This document shows, piece after piece, positions 17,040 to 28,283 of a DNA stretch of 64,000 bases. The DNA is from Opitutaceae bacterium. GTDB lineage: Bacteria > Verrucomicrobiota > Verrucomicrobiia > Opitutales > Coraliomargaritaceae. Below the pieces are notes generated by a model. That model did not search any database, was not told the origin of the DNA, and was given only the letters and a program-made list of their open reading frames with translations. Every line of letters begins with the position of its first letter. The first letter of the stretch is position 1. Location of the stretch: NCBI GenBank assembly GCA_051252375.1, contig JBPOFY010000006.1, forward strand, positions 96,001-160,000. The letters are read 5' to 3'. The position numbers and the translations under genes were made by a program.

Positions 17040-17960
17040 ATGTCAACTTCCCGCAAACCTGAGGCCGATCGCTTTAAAGGCACTTCTAAGTGGTTTCAGT
17101 ATATATTCGCACGAGTCCTGGTTACACTGATCCAGTGTCTCCCGTTGGGCTTCGCTTTTCGGTTAGGGCGGGGCATTGGTTACATTTGTTGGAAGCTGTT
17201 GAAACGTCGGCGCTTGGTCGTCGAAAGAAATCTAACAATTATTAATCAGTGGAATCCGCAGGTAAGTGACTTGCCCATCGCTGAGCAAGTTCGCGAAGTT
17301 TTTCAGCGCTCGGGCGCGAATCTGATCGCAGGTTTCCCGCTGTCCAAACTCAGCTCGACCCGTATGGAGCAACACCTTGAAGTTCAAGGTTCAGAGCACC
17401 TGAAGAATCTAATAGCCGAAGGTAAGGGCGCGATAATGTTGTTGGCTCACATGGGGCCTTGGGAGGCTTTAGCGCATCTGCCTAAACTGGCAGAAGCTAG
17501 AGATATTCACGCTCCACTAGCTTCGATGTATCGCCCTTTGAATAATACTTATCTCGACAATTGGTTACGGAAGGAGCGAGAGGCGATGGGGACACGCTTA
17601 TTCAGCCGTAAGGATGGCTTCCATAAGCCAGTCGATTTTTTGAAGCAGGGCGGTGTGCTCGGGATACTTGCCGATCAAAAAATGCGAGAAGGTGCGGTCG
17701 CGTCTTATTTCGGTGTCGATGTGCCCTCATCACCGATCCCCGGATTGTTTCAGCGTCGAACAGGAGCTGGCTTTCTGGCCTTATCGATTGAGACGGTAGC
17801 ACCTGTTAAATGGCGGATCACAATTAATCCAGTAGACCTCGCCGCCTTAGATGGCGAAGTGACTCGTGAGGCATATACTGCTGTCTGTAACCATGCGCTA
17901 GAGCAGGCGCTGAGCCGCAGTATCTTGGACGGATTTTGGTTTCACAAACGGTTTGTTTGA
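17040..17960 (+). CDS. Lipid A late acyltransferase (LpxL/HtrB family)
   Basis: AHMGPWE (HxxxxE), YRPLNN, LADQK, FWFHKRF. Confidence 0.88.
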   Translation: MSTSRKPEADRFKGTSKWFQYIFARVLVTLIQCLPLGFAFRLGRGIGYICWKLLKRRRLVVERNLTIINQWNPQVSDLPIAEQVREVFQRSGANLIAGFPLSKLSSTRMEQHLEVQGSEHLKNLIAEGKGAIMLLAHMGPWEALAHLPKLAEARDIHAPLASMYRPLNNTYLDNWLRKEREAMGTRLFSRKDGFHKPVDFLKQGGVLGILADQKMREGAVASYFGVDVPSSPIPGLFQRRTGAGFLALSIETVAPVKWRITINPVDLAALDGEVTREAYTAVCNHALEQALSRSILDGFWFHKRFV

Positions 17961-18120
17961 GTGATAGCTTTGGCTTCGAAAACGATTTGGTTGAAGGTTT
18001 TTGATAGTTCGGGGAACAAACTTTATAGTGTTAAGTATTGTGAAATTACTATTTTTAAAATTTCATTTACTCATAATCAAAAAAATCCCCTGTAACTAGC
18101 AGAACCATCGGATACTAATT

Positions 18121-18927
18121 ATGTCAAATTTTATAAAAAATTGTAGGCTTCGCGTAGCTTCATTGGCTAATAAATTTATAGTCGATCAAACTAAGGAAAG
18201 CCAGATCCGTTCACTAATTACTTCTTTGCATCCGATCGTATACGATAAGAAGCTCATTCGTATTGGATCGCCCACGGATGGTGGTTATTTAGTTCCTGAT
18301 GATCTAGAGGGCATAGAGCACTGCTTTTCGCCCGGGGTAGCTGATGCTTCTGACTTGGAGTATGAATGTGCAGAGAGAGGGATGGGGGTCTTTATGGCGG
18401 ATAAATCGGTTGATCAGCCAGCAGTTCCACATCAGCGCTTTCACTTTACCAAAAAATATATTGGGGTGACGACAAATGATACGTTCATGACGCTCGACGA
18501 TTGGGTTGCCACTTCTGTTTCTGATCGCGAAAGCGAACTGTTTCTTCAGATCGATATCGAAGGCTTTGAATATGAAGTATTTTTGGCCGCTTCAGATCAG
18601 TTAATGCGGCGTTTTAGAATCATCGTTGCTGAGTTCCACCGTTTGGATCAATTCTGGGGGAAGCCGTTTTTTGGAGTGGCATCGAGAGCCATTGAAAAGA
18701 TTTTACAAACACACTACTGTGTGCACTCGCATCCCAATAATTGGAGGGGCTCTGTCAGAAAGGGAGATATTGATATCCCGATAAACATGGAGTTCACATT
18801 TGTGCGCAAAGATCGGGTTGATGATTTTACTTACGCTGTAGATTTCCCCCATCCCCTAGATATCGATAATGTAAGCAGTATCCCTTCTCTGGTATTGCCC
18901 CCTTGTTGGTATCGGAGGAATGGTTAG
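18121..18927 (+). CDS. FkbM-like SAM-dependent methyltransferase
   Basis: RIGSPTDGGY, CFSPGV, LQIDIEGFEY, AEFH, HSHPNN motifs. Confidence 0.75.
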   Translation: MSNFIKNCRLRVASLANKFIVDQTKESQIRSLITSLHPIVYDKKLIRIGSPTDGGYLVPDDLEGIEHCFSPGVADASDLEYECAERGMGVFMADKSVDQPAVPHQRFHFTKKYIGVTTNDTFMTLDDWVATSVSDRESELFLQIDIEGFEYEVFLAASDQLMRRFRIIVAEFHRLDQFWGKPFFGVASRAIEKILQTHYCVHSHPNNWRGSVRKGDIDIPINMEFTFVRKDRVDDFTYAVDFPHPLDIDNVSSIPSLVLPPCWYRRNG

Positions 18928-19224
18928 GCGCCTTCTATTTACGAGGTCCAGACCTCATGGAGACTCGCTTCGGAGCCTTTGGTCATCAGTCATTAGCCGT
19001 CCATGTTGTCGTTTTTCCATATCCCTTGAGCTGGGAATTTGTTTTGCTTTCATTTTGGCTTTTGCACGCCTAGTGTCCAAGCGCAAAGGATTGACTACCT
19101 TTGTGAAATACAGGAATAAACTAATTTGTGATAGGGCAACTATCTTGATTTTTAAATAATCAATGGGGTTCTTCCCAAGCCTGTAGGAGTAATGGAATAA
19201 ATCAGATGAATATGAATTTGGGAA

Positions 19225-20082
19225 ATGGATAAATTGAAGAGCGATTCTTTTTGGTCTCACGTAGAGGGTTCCCTTGTTATTAACCTAGATGAGCGAGAGG
19301 ACCGATGGGCTGAAGCAAAAAAGGTTTTGGAAAGTTTTATTCCGCCTGGAAAATTCGATCGCCTTTCAGCCGTGAACGGTAAGCAGATTAAGGGCTATGG
19401 TGAGAAACCTTGGTTTCGTGCGCGGAAAAAAGATTTCCGATGGGCTGGCCGTGCGGGTTGCACGCTTTCACACCGAAAAGCCTTAGAGGAAGGTCTGCGT
19501 CAGGGGTGGGAGGTTTTTCTGGTGCTCGAAGATGATATTTGTCTCCGCCAAGTTCCGGAAGATTATTTGGAGCGTTTGAATACTTTGATTTTTGATCAAG
19601 TGACCGATTGGGATATATGTTACCTTGGGTTCACATCTCCGAGGGGACCTGCGAAAACATTAGCAGAAATAAATGATGACTCGATTCTTTGTAAAATTAG
19701 GGGTGCGCGCACAACGCATGCATACCTAGTTAAAGCGCCTTTAGCCAAGTGGTTGTTGGAGAAATTACCTCGGGAAGAAAATATTTGGTCTTGGTGTGCG
19801 GGTCGGCGAATTATTGATCGCTGGTATAGCCGGCATATTAGTTCTCGTTTTAATGTCATCTGCACAAGTCCCAGTTTTATCATTCAAGCTCCAAGCTTTT
19901 CCGATTTAGTCGGGCGAGAAGCGGATAATTGGGATGAATCTGAGATGGTGAGCGATATCCCTGATACGATGCGAGATCCCAATCAGTTCCAGCTTCGCTG
20001 GTTGTTTTCCGGTCTACAATGCCGACTCTTTCACGCTTACGATATTGCCCGGGGCTGGGTGAAGCATTTACGAGGATTTTAA
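19225..20082 (+). CDS. Glycosyltransferase family 25
   Basis: VINLDEREDRW, RLSAVNG, GCTLSH, LVLEDD, THAYLV motifs. Confidence 0.85.
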   Translation: MDKLKSDSFWSHVEGSLVINLDEREDRWAEAKKVLESFIPPGKFDRLSAVNGKQIKGYGEKPWFRARKKDFRWAGRAGCTLSHRKALEEGLRQGWEVFLVLEDDICLRQVPEDYLERLNTLIFDQVTDWDICYLGFTSPRGPAKTLAEINDDSILCKIRGARTTHAYLVKAPLAKWLLEKLPREENIWSWCAGRRIIDRWYSRHISSRFNVICTSPSFIIQAPSFSDLVGREADNWDESEMVSDIPDTMRDPNQFQLRWLFSGLQCRLFHAYDIARGWVKHLRGF

Positions 20083-20120
20083 TTAGAGCGGTGATTAGAA
20101 ATGTCGAAAAATAATGGACT

Positions 20121-21167
20121 ATGAGTGAACTCGATCAATCGCGGATTCTTGTCATTACCGTCGAGCCTGAGCGAAAAGGCTTTGGTAAGCTTTGCCCTGA
20201 TCCCAGCTTACGCGTGGGTGATTGGCAGATCATTATCAATCCATCTGGGCCAGTCATAGCAGATTTTTGGATCGTATTCGGCAACGCACGACCTTCAGAT
20301 CAAATCAAAGTGGCGCCTGAGAATACACTTCTTGTGGTTCTTGAGCCCGAGTCGAAGAAAATTTATCCTAAAGCCTATTACCGTCAGTTCAATTATGTGG
20401 TGGATACGCACGATAAATCAGGGCATCCGAACCTTTCAGTAGAGGCTCCCTGTTTCAGTTGGCATGTCGGTCTAACTCTTGGAGAGGACAAATACACACT
20501 CGGATATAAAGAGCTCTCGGGGCTAGAGTGTCCTCCTGATCGAAAGAATAAAATATCGGTCGTCTGTTCGGATGCGATGTATACGGAAGGGCAGCGGAAT
20601 CGTTTATTGTTCTTGGATGGCTTGAAGTCCCGGTTGGGTGACCGAATCGATCATTATGGAAGGGGGTTCAGCCCAATTGATGATAAGATGGATGGCATCC
20701 TTGGTTACCGTTTCCATCTAGCTCTCGAGAATTGCTGTGCACCTCATTACTGGACTGAAAAGTTAATCGATTCCTATCTAGGTTGGGCTTTCCCTGTGTA
20801 TCTGGGTTGCCCGAACCTTTCTGATTATTTTCCAATTAATGCGTATTACCAAATCGAATCAATGGACCCCGGTCGTGCTGCTGAAGCTATCATTGCTCGT
20901 CTCGAAGGACCGCCAAATCCTTTGGAGATCGAGGGGCTTTCTGAAGGGCGTTCACGTATCTTGAATCGCTACAATCCTTTTATTTGCTGGGGAGAATGGG
21001 CCACTAAATTTTATCAAGAAGACCGGTCGAAGGAATGGTATGTAGTGCATTCTCACAAAGCCTTTCGCCCTTATTTCCAAGGGCATCTGTTCCGTATTAA
21101 AAACCTACAGAAGCGTATGACTGGACCCGATAAGGAAAGGAGCTTAAATAGTGAAAAATCAGCGTAA
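20121..21167 (+). CDS. GT10 alpha-1,3-fucosyltransferase-like protein
   Basis: YRFHLALEN...YWTEKLIDSYLGWAFPVYLG donor-binding motif. Confidence 0.85.
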   Translation: MSELDQSRILVITVEPERKGFGKLCPDPSLRVGDWQIIINPSGPVIADFWIVFGNARPSDQIKVAPENTLLVVLEPESKKIYPKAYYRQFNYVVDTHDKSGHPNLSVEAPCFSWHVGLTLGEDKYTLGYKELSGLECPPDRKNKISVVCSDAMYTEGQRNRLLFLDGLKSRLGDRIDHYGRGFSPIDDKMDGILGYRFHLALENCCAPHYWTEKLIDSYLGWAFPVYLGCPNLSDYFPINAYYQIESMDPGRAAEAIIARLEGPPNPLEIEGLSEGRSRILNRYNPFICWGEWATKFYQEDRSKEWYVVHSHKAFRPYFQGHLFRIKNLQKRMTGPDKERSLNSEKSA

Positions 21168-22023
21168 GATCATTTCAATAATCAAGGGTGGTTTAGGTAA
21201 TCAGCTGTTTATTTATGCAGCGGGGAAGGCATTCGCCGAGAGGAATAATGCACACCATTATATTGATATGAAACGAGGCTACACTCATGACTCTTATGGT
21301 CGTAGGTTTTTGCTCGATCGTTTTCCGATTCAGTCATCCATAATGCCAGAGGAACTGCGTATTGCGCCAACGCTTAAGCATATCAGGCATAAGATTTATC
21401 GGAGCGCCAACAAGTTACTCCCGCCTAATCGTAGGTCTTACTTAGCAGAGAGTCATGGTATGGACCCAGATGTATTTAATACCTGCGAACCGAAGGCTTC
21501 TCTTATCTATCTCAATGGTAACTGGAATGATGAGAAGTTTTTTGAGCGATATTCGGATTTGATCCGAAGAGATTTGAAGCTTCCAGAACCACTATCCGCG
21601 ACAAACCGTGCCCTTGGCGCTGATTTACGGTCGAATAAACAGGCAGTATTTATTCATATTCGAAGGGTGCGTTATGCGACTAAACTCACTACTGATTACT
21701 ATCAAACGGCCATTGAAGCTATCATGCGTGAGTTACAACAGCCATTGTTCGTTGTGTTTGCTGATGATATGGCTTGGGCTAAGCAAAATCTGCCTAAATG
21801 TGCAAAATACACTTGGGTTGATGAGAACGCGAATGATGAAATGGCAGACATGTGGTTGATGTCATGCTGCCAGCATGGCATAACTGCTAATAGTGGATTT
21901 AGTTGGTGGGGTGCGTGGCTTGGACCAGCAGAGGCTCAAGAGCGTATTGTCTATGCTCCTGATAGCCCCGAGTGGCACATGCGTCCAGCTCGTGGCTGGA
22001 GGACTTTAACATTCGAAGTTTAA
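21151..22023 (+). CDS. GT11 alpha-1,2-fucosyltransferase
   Basis: GGLGNQLF, IHIRR, FADDM.WAK, ANSGFSWWGAWL. Confidence 0.88.
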   Translation: MKNQRKIISIIKGGLGNQLFIYAAGKAFAERNNAHHYIDMKRGYTHDSYGRRFLLDRFPIQSSIMPEELRIAPTLKHIRHKIYRSANKLLPPNRRSYLAESHGMDPDVFNTCEPKASLIYLNGNWNDEKFFERYSDLIRRDLKLPEPLSATNRALGADLRSNKQAVFIHIRRVRYATKLTTDYYQTAIEAIMRELQQPLFVVFADDMAWAKQNLPKCAKYTWVDENANDEMADMWLMSCCQHGITANSGFSWWGAWLGPAEAQERIVYAPDSPEWHMRPARGWRTLTFEV

Positions 22024-23786
22024 AGCTGTCCTTTAAGTCGGTATAATCCCTTCTCGGTTACGATTGCATCCACACGGTCGTCTAGGAGTGCCCTTGAGCA
22101 CTCTTCAGGAGTATTGATGATCGGCTCTTCATGAACATTGAAGCTTGTATTGATCAACACAGGCAATCCAGTGCTTTCTTTGAATGCAGTGAGTATATCG
22201 TAGTAAAGTTCATTGTCCTCACGTGAAATAATCTGAGGTCTTGCCGTATTGTCGATATGCACGACTGCAGGAATCTTATCTTTCCATTCGTCTTTAACAG
22301 TGCATGTGATCGTCATGAACTTCGCAGGGTAGATAAATGATTTTGGTAGATTGAAAACCTCTTGAGCATCAATGTCTCGGATGTAGGGGGCGAAGGGCAT
22401 GAACTCGCTACGTTCCATACGTAGATTGAGACTGTTATTAATCTCTTTGTCATGCGGAGATGCTAAGACTGACCGGGCGCCCAAGGCGCGCGGTCCAAAT
22501 TCCATTCCAAGGTTGTAGATCGCAACCGCATCACCTTTTTTGAGTGCTTCAACTGTCAATGGTATCGGATCTCCTGCTTCTTTAATGATTTCTTCGCAGT
22601 CCGAAAAATGGCGGTCAATGTCTCCGTTGAAGTTTTTTGCCAAATAGAGATTCCGACACTCGTCTCGGTGTTGGAGCCACTCTTTTAGACCATCATTTTC
22701 TAAAAGAAATTGTAATACGCCACCAGTGCTGAGTCCTGCATCGCTCATAGCTGGATATATGAAAAGTCGATCAATAGGGCACTCTTCAGCAATCACCTGG
22801 TTCAGTCGGACATTTGCGAAAAGACCACCAGATAGACCTACATTTTTGGTGGGATACTTTTGGAGCAATCGGTTGATGCTTTGAGGCACAAAGACGTGAA
22901 GCAACTCTTGAAAGCTTGCAGCTACATTCTCGGGAGCTACCCCTTTGCAAATGTCGAAAATGTAATCCTGCATTTCACCATGTGAGCGAAAGCTACTAAC
23001 AATTTGCCCGTCTTCTTGGACAGAAAATTTCCCGCAGAGCTCATCTAGGAGAGTTGGTTTCCCCGAGGCTGCAAGTCCCGTAAGCTTACCCTCATGCCTA
23101 TTCATCTTGTAGCCTAGAGCTATAGTTGCAGTTCCATAGGCGAGGGCTAGGCTAGAGGATGGTGATTCTTTCATGAGCCATTCCTCTCCGCCAAAGTCGT
23201 GGATTATTTGCTCTCCATCGAAGTAGCGGAAGCTGTAAAATCCGGTGTCACCACCTCCATCGGCGCTGTAAAGTAAGCCGTTTTGCCATTCTGGGTTATG
23301 AAATAGGCATGGAAGTACGTGTGCGTAGTGATGGTCGTAGAAGGCTAGTGAAGCTTCTTTGCTGAAGCCGTTATCTAACAGAAATTGATCAGTTTTAAAA
23401 ATACTGAGGACATCATTTGTGTTCGCGCGTCTGCATTCCTTTGTGCTTGTTAGGATATGTTTTTTGCCAACTACTTTTCGGATGGATGATTCGAACCAGC
23501 GTTTAAACCTGTAAGAGAGATTGCATTTCGAAAAATCAAACCATTCGTAGGGGAATCGGTTTCGCGATAGGCATATGTGAGTGATGTCTGACTTTTTGAG
23601 ATTAGCAATACGCAGAACTTCATCGATCGCCTCGTGCGGAATTCTGTCACCGTCCGTCTTGATCCGTGTAATGCGTTCAAGTTGAACTGCGGCCAGTAAT
23701 TTGTAATTCTCATAAATGCAAGCGCTGCCGTCGTGTCGGGCTGCTGCGATTCCCAGAATGAGACGCTTGTTTTCAGTTTTATCCAT
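22020..23786 (-). CDS. NodU/CmcH-family O-carbamoyltransferase
   Basis: HDGSA, ERITRIK, DHHYAH, EGKLTGLAA, EFGPRALGARS, NTSFNVHEEPI. Confidence 0.92.
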   Translation of the reverse strand: MDKTENKRLILGIAAARHDGSACIYENYKLLAAVQLERITRIKTDGDRIPHEAIDEVLRIANLKKSDITHICLSRNRFPYEWFDFSKCNLSYRFKRWFESSIRKVVGKKHILTSTKECRRANTNDVLSIFKTDQFLLDNGFSKEASLAFYDHHYAHVLPCLFHNPEWQNGLLYSADGGGDTGFYSFRYFDGEQIIHDFGGEEWLMKESPSSSLALAYGTATIALGYKMNRHEGKLTGLAASGKPTLLDELCGKFSVQEDGQIVSSFRSHGEMQDYIFDICKGVAPENVAASFQELLHVFVPQSINRLLQKYPTKNVGLSGGLFANVRLNQVIAEECPIDRLFIYPAMSDAGLSTGGVLQFLLENDGLKEWLQHRDECRNLYLAKNFNGDIDRHFSDCEEIIKEAGDPIPLTVEALKKGDAVAIYNLGMEFGPRALGARSVLASPHDKEINNSLNLRMERSEFMPFAPYIRDIDAQEVFNLPKSFIYPAKFMTITCTVKDEWKDKIPAVVHIDNTARPQIISREDNELYYDILTAFKESTGLPVLINTSFNVHEEPIINTPEECSRALLDDRVDAIVTEKGLYRLKGQL

Positions 23787-23955
23787 AGTTTCGAGGCGAA
23801 TTGTCTTTTAGAATACCCATCTTTCGAGATTGGTGGTTACTATTTGTTGAATGCGGTAGTCAGGTTTTCGAGCCTTTAGGATCGATCGGTTTCGGTTTTG
23901 ATTAAAGAGAAAAATACACGCGATTATTTGTCTGTCAGTATCTAAAGGATGAATG

Positions 23956-24957
23956 TTACCGAGAGCGCCGGAGGTGTCGCTTTAGGCTCCAAGTGATATG
24001 ATTCAACCCATCGCTGGGTTTCTGTAGGCGCATTTGCTTGCGACCATAAACGGGACGTCCTGAGGGTGAATTGCTTGATTGATAATTTTGATCGACCAGT
24101 TTCCCAATCATGAAAAGTAGATTGTAATCGTGCAAAACTCGATGTCTCGCTTCGCGAAGTGAGTCGATTCTGGACGTGTAGAATCTGTCATCTTCTATAA
24201 TTGAGCGAATTTTGGCGAGGGACTCCTCGGGTTTGAATATGTCGATCTCGAGAAAGCTATCCGCTGGGAAGTAATCCTCGAGATTGGTGCAGCCATAATA
24301 AATGGGGAACGCACCACTTAGGAATGGGTCCGCGAGTTTCTCCGTCCAATGATGTGGCCCGACATAATTTTCAATGGCAAGATGGAAGCGAAATGGATCG
24401 AGGGCCTCAAATTTATGTTCAATGTGACGGGCACCGTGACCATAGATCTCGATTTCCGGGATCTGAGACTTGAGCCAGTGAGAAAAATCGTGGCGATTCT
24501 TGTGCAGTGTGTATTTCTGTTGCTTGGTCGAGCAGACGGTCGAAAAAGTCTTCGTCTTTTCTGGGAATGCTGGGCAATTGAGTTCTTCAAAAGTGTGGTC
24601 GTTGAACCAGAAGTTGCCCGTATGGCTATAAATACGTTTAGGGTGGTCTAGTGCCTGAGGAGGTTGCGACGTCAATACGTGCTCAAACTGGGCGCAAAAT
24701 GCCGTGCCGTAATTGGTGATACTATCTGGTTCCGTAGTGACGAGCAGGGTGTGTTCATCCGCGCAGCCAAGCAGCTCGGGGGCAGCCTTGAGAGTGCGGG
24801 AAATGTCGTCAATTACGACAAGCCAGTCGTAATTGGGATCTTTTGCGCTCCAGATAAATTCCACCCGGTCAAGCAATGGGTGTGATTTGGGAAGCTGTCG
24901 GCTCCAAGATCGGCTATCGGAACCACGCGCGATAATTTTTACCCGTATTTTTTTCAT
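23956..24957 (-). CDS. GT10 alpha-1,3-fucosyltransferase-like protein
   Basis: FRFHLAIEN...HWTEKLADPFLSGAFPIYYG; paralogous to 20121-21167. Confidence 0.85.
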   Translation of the reverse strand: MKKIRVKIIARGSDSRSWSRQLPKSHPLLDRVEFIWSAKDPNYDWLVVIDDISRTLKAAPELLGCADEHTLLVTTEPDSITNYGTAFCAQFEHVLTSQPPQALDHPKRIYSHTGNFWFNDHTFEELNCPAFPEKTKTFSTVCSTKQQKYTLHKNRHDFSHWLKSQIPEIEIYGHGARHIEHKFEALDPFRFHLAIENYVGPHHWTEKLADPFLSGAFPIYYGCTNLEDYFPADSFLEIDIFKPEESLAKIRSIIEDDRFYTSRIDSLREARHRVLHDYNLLFMIGKLVDQNYQSSNSPSGRPVYGRKQMRLQKPSDGLNHITWSLKRHLRRSR

Positions 24958-24966
24958 GTGAACAGC

Positions 24967-25734
24967 TCACTCAGTCCAAAAATGATCAATCCAAGGCGAG
25001 GGGCGGGTGTGGTGATGCAGTTTCTTGCCCTTGAAACCGTCGACGGCTTCTTCTGGATCAGGACGTCCATGAAAGACAAGTATACGGCAGTCCTGTGGTT
25101 GCTTGGGGCTAATCAATAAGTTAAGTGGGAAAGGTGGTCGGCAATGCCACTTGAAGCTACGACACCAAGCTTCCGGCCACCAACTGACTTCGCGCATGGC
25201 GTGCGTCATAAAAGCTTGCTCGGTATTAAAAATTTTGAGGTTTTCCGCCTGCGCCATTTCCTTGATGAATGTTTCAAAAATATAATTTGATGAACCCGCT
25301 TCAAATCTGAAAACAGACGAATTGCCGACGAGTGGGCGGCGCCCTGTGATCATCTTTCGGAGATTAACCCAATTGCGGATAATGCAGTTTTTTCCTTTCT
25401 CATAGTCGAAGAAAGGGTCAAGAGAATCCAAGATCACCATGTCTAGGTCGAGAAAGAGAGTTGGCCCTTGCAGCCCACCTAAACCGTCTTCAGTCAGCAT
25501 CAGTTTTACCAATACATCTGGCCAGCCGCGCTGAATGCCGGGGTTCTCTGGGAATGGTATTGTATTAACCTCTGGCGCAAGATCGGTAGGGTCATCCGTG
25601 CAGCAATGAAATAGAAAGGGGCGCTTTAGGTGACGCTTCACGCCCGCGTAGAGCTTGTTGACGTAGCTTGCGGGATAACGGGTTCCGTATTTAAGACAAA
25701 TTACGTTAACTGGCTGTTCGGTAGAGGAATTCAC
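24967..25734 (-). CDS. Putative GT-A fold glycosyltransferase
   Basis: VICLKYGTRY, CCTDD, LFLDLD (DxD), NSSVFRF, VFHGRPDP. Confidence 0.75.
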   Translation of the reverse strand: MNSSTEQPVNVICLKYGTRYPASYVNKLYAGVKRHLKRPFLFHCCTDDPTDLAPEVNTIPFPENPGIQRGWPDVLVKLMLTEDGLGGLQGPTLFLDLDMVILDSLDPFFDYEKGKNCIIRNWVNLRKMITGRRPLVGNSSVFRFEAGSSNYIFETFIKEMAQAENLKIFNTEQAFMTHAMREVSWWPEAWCRSFKWHCRPPFPLNLLISPKQPQDCRILVFHGRPDPEEAVDGFKGKKLHHHTRPSPWIDHFWTE

Positions 25735-25772
25735 TTTATTTATAATGGAATGGAGTGTCAGAAATGTTTAGC

Positions 25773-27074
25773 TTAAGCTTTATAGTAGCTAGAAGGATGA
25801 TTTTGTATGCAATTTCTCGTGTCGACTATTGGGCATTTGAAGTCGGAGAAATCGTAAGTGCGATATCCCGCATGATCCGTTGCCAGTAGGATTAAGTCGT
25901 AACCGTCGTGGATATCGCTGGAGGTCCTGCCGGCAAGTTGTGGGTGTTCGCGAGTCTTGCGAATCACTGGAATGTGTGGGTCATTGTATGCGACTGTTGC
26001 GCCAAGCGCTTCGAGCTTTTCGATGAGCACATAGGTGGGCGATTCGCGGTCGTCATCGACATTAGGTTTATAGGCTAATCCCAGAACTAGGATGTTGGAT
26101 CCTTTGACTGCTTTGGAGTTTTCGTTGAGTGCTCGCATGCAGACTTCGACTACGTGTTGTGGCATCGAGGTATTGATTTCTCCTGCGAGTTCAATGAAGC
26201 GGGTATTGAGACCAAATTCACGGGCTTTCCATGTGAGATAGAATGGATCGATTGGTATGCAATGACCTCCGAGTCCTGGTCCCGGATAGAACGGCATGAA
26301 GCCGAAGGGCTTTGTTTTAGCTGCTGCGATGACGTCCCAGATATCAATACCCATGGAGCCATAGATGATTTTGAGCTCGTTGACTAAAGCGATATTGACC
26401 GAGCGAAAGATATTTTCGAGCAGTTTGGCGGCTTCAGCTACTTTACAACTGTCGACGGGAACGATGGTTTGGATCGCATTGCTGTAAATCGCAACTGCCT
26501 TGTCTCTACATTGAGGAGTGAGACCGCCGACTAGTTTTGGTATACGCTCAACTTTACTGTCAGGGTTGCTGGGGTCTTCACGTTCCGGTGAATAGGCGAG
26601 ATGGAAATCGACACCGGCAGTTTTACCAGAGCCATCTTCGATCACTTTGCGAAGGTCGATTTCCGTGGTGCCTGGGTAGGTTGTGGATTCTAGGCAGACG
26701 ACCGTGCCTTGCTTGAGGTGCGGGGCTAAGGATGCGCCTGTTTCAAGCACATAGGAGAGGTCGGGCTCTCGGTGCTGGTTGAGCGGAGTCGGCACACAGA
26801 GAATGATCGCGTCACATTCATTTGCCTTGGAGAAATCAGTTGTGGCGAGGAACTGTCCGCTCTGGCTTAGGTCCTTGATTAGGTCGCCATCGATGTGCCC
26901 GATGTAGGATTTGCCCGCGTTAAGTGAATCAATTTTGCTCGGGTCGACATCGATTCCTACAATACTTAAACCTGCTTTGGAAAATTGAATGGCTAGTGGT
27001 AGCCCGACATAGCCAAGTCCGACTATGGCTATTGTAGGTTTTGATTGATCGGTCTGGGGTGGTGCGAGATCCAT
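25773..27074 (-). CDS. UDP-N-acetylhexosamine 6-dehydrogenase (WbpA/WecC-like)
   Basis: GLGYVGLP, CVPTPL, ESTTYPGTT, SPEREDP, GLGGHCIPIDP; start could be 27113. Confidence 0.9.
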   Translation of the reverse strand: MDLAPPQTDQSKPTIAIVGLGYVGLPLAIQFSKAGLSIVGIDVDPSKIDSLNAGKSYIGHIDGDLIKDLSQSGQFLATTDFSKANECDAIILCVPTPLNQHREPDLSYVLETGASLAPHLKQGTVVCLESTTYPGTTEIDLRKVIEDGSGKTAGVDFHLAYSPEREDPSNPDSKVERIPKLVGGLTPQCRDKAVAIYSNAIQTIVPVDSCKVAEAAKLLENIFRSVNIALVNELKIIYGSMGIDIWDVIAAAKTKPFGFMPFYPGPGLGGHCIPIDPFYLTWKAREFGLNTRFIELAGEINTSMPQHVVEVCMRALNENSKAVKGSNILVLGLAYKPNVDDDRESPTYVLIEKLEALGATVAYNDPHIPVIRKTREHPQLAGRTSSDIHDGYDLILLATDHAGYRTYDFSDFKCPIVDTRNCIQNHPSSYYKA

Positions 27075-27155
27075 GGTTTGGAGTGTGGGAGGCACATATC
27101 TGGTGCCAAGCATAATGTTAAAGACCTTGTTTTCTAAGCAACGTTTGGCGTCGAA

Positions 27156-28268
27156 TTATGCACGAGTTGCCGCGGAAAGTTTAAGGTATTCACTTATAGT
27201 CGCATCGAGCATGCGGCTTAGTGTGAATGGTGCATCAATCGCTGGTTCGCGTGCTTCAGCGTCGGATTCCCATTGTTGGATTAGGGAGATGATGGGTTGC
27301 GGGTTTCCGGTCTCCACTTTTCCCTGAGGGAAAAGTTTATCCAGAATTTCTCCTACGCCACCATGTTGATAACCGATGACTGGTGTGCCGAGCGAAAGTG
27401 CTTCGAGTGTGGTTCTGCCAAAGGACTCAGGCTGCTGGGTGAGTGAAAGGACAATGTTCGAGTGCGAGAGCACTTCTTTGAGGTCTGAGCGATGCCCAGT
27501 AAATGTTACGTGTGACCCGAGTCCCAACGCGTGGGCTCTCTCTTTGATCTCGGCGAGATAGTCTTGCTTCTTGGGGTGTGCGCCACCGGCGATGATGCCG
27601 TGATAGCCATGATCTTTCAGTGCGTTTACAATTTGTAGGAAATCATCGTGTCCTTTTAGGCGTGTGATTCTTCCCGGTAGTGTGAGGAGTTTCTTGCCGC
27701 TTGTTTCAGGGAAGTCCGCGTGCCATTTGTCGAGCCACTCGGGTGCCGGTTTGAACGATGGGTTGTATTCGGTGGGGTCGATTCCACGGTGAATGACAAC
27801 TAGTTTGTGACTGTCCGTGCTTGGATAGTTCTTTTGGACGAATGACTTTACGCTGTTGGACACGCAGATGACGCGTTCACCGCAGGTCATGATTTTTGAA
27901 TAGGCATTCACTGAGTTGAAGCCGTGGACGGTGGTGACTAAGCGCGGACGTGTTTGTGGGTCCATCTTACGCCAGGCAAGGTAGGCGAGCCAGGCGGGGA
28001 GTCGTGAGCGTAGGTGAATGATGTCTGGCTTTTCGGTTTCGAACAGTCGGCGTAGCACTTTGACCTGTTTTAGCGAGCTCAGGCGTTTTTTGTGAACGGG
28101 CAGGGTGATGTGGCGACTGCCTTCGGCTTCGAGTTGCTCTACCTGACGGCCTCCATTGGAGATGACGATGGATTCATGCCCTTGTTCAACGAGAAATTTT
28201 CCGACTTCGAGAGTGCCGCGTTCGACGCCTCCTGCATTGAGTTCGGGTAGTATTTGTATGACTTTCAT
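27156..28268 (-). CDS. Glycosyltransferase family 4
   Basis: [30 protein letters not shown]. Confidence 0.9.
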   Translation of the reverse strand: MKVIQILPELNAGGVERGTLEVGKFLVEQGHESIVISNGGRQVEQLEAEGSRHITLPVHKKRLSSLKQVKVLRRLFETEKPDIIHLRSRLPAWLAYLAWRKMDPQTRPRLVTTVHGFNSVNAYSKIMTCGERVICVSNSVKSFVQKNYPSTDSHKLVVIHRGIDPTEYNPSFKPAPEWLDKWHADFPETSGKKLLTLPGRITRLKGHDDFLQIVNALKDHGYHGIIAGGAHPKKQDYLAEIKERAHALGLGSHVTFTGHRSDLKEVLSHSNIVLSLTQQPESFGRTTLEALSLGTPVIGYQHGGVGEILDKLFPQGKVETGNPQPIISLIQQWESDAEAREPAIDAPFTLSRMLDATISEYLKLSAATRA

Positions 28269-28283
28269 TGCGAGATTGTTTGC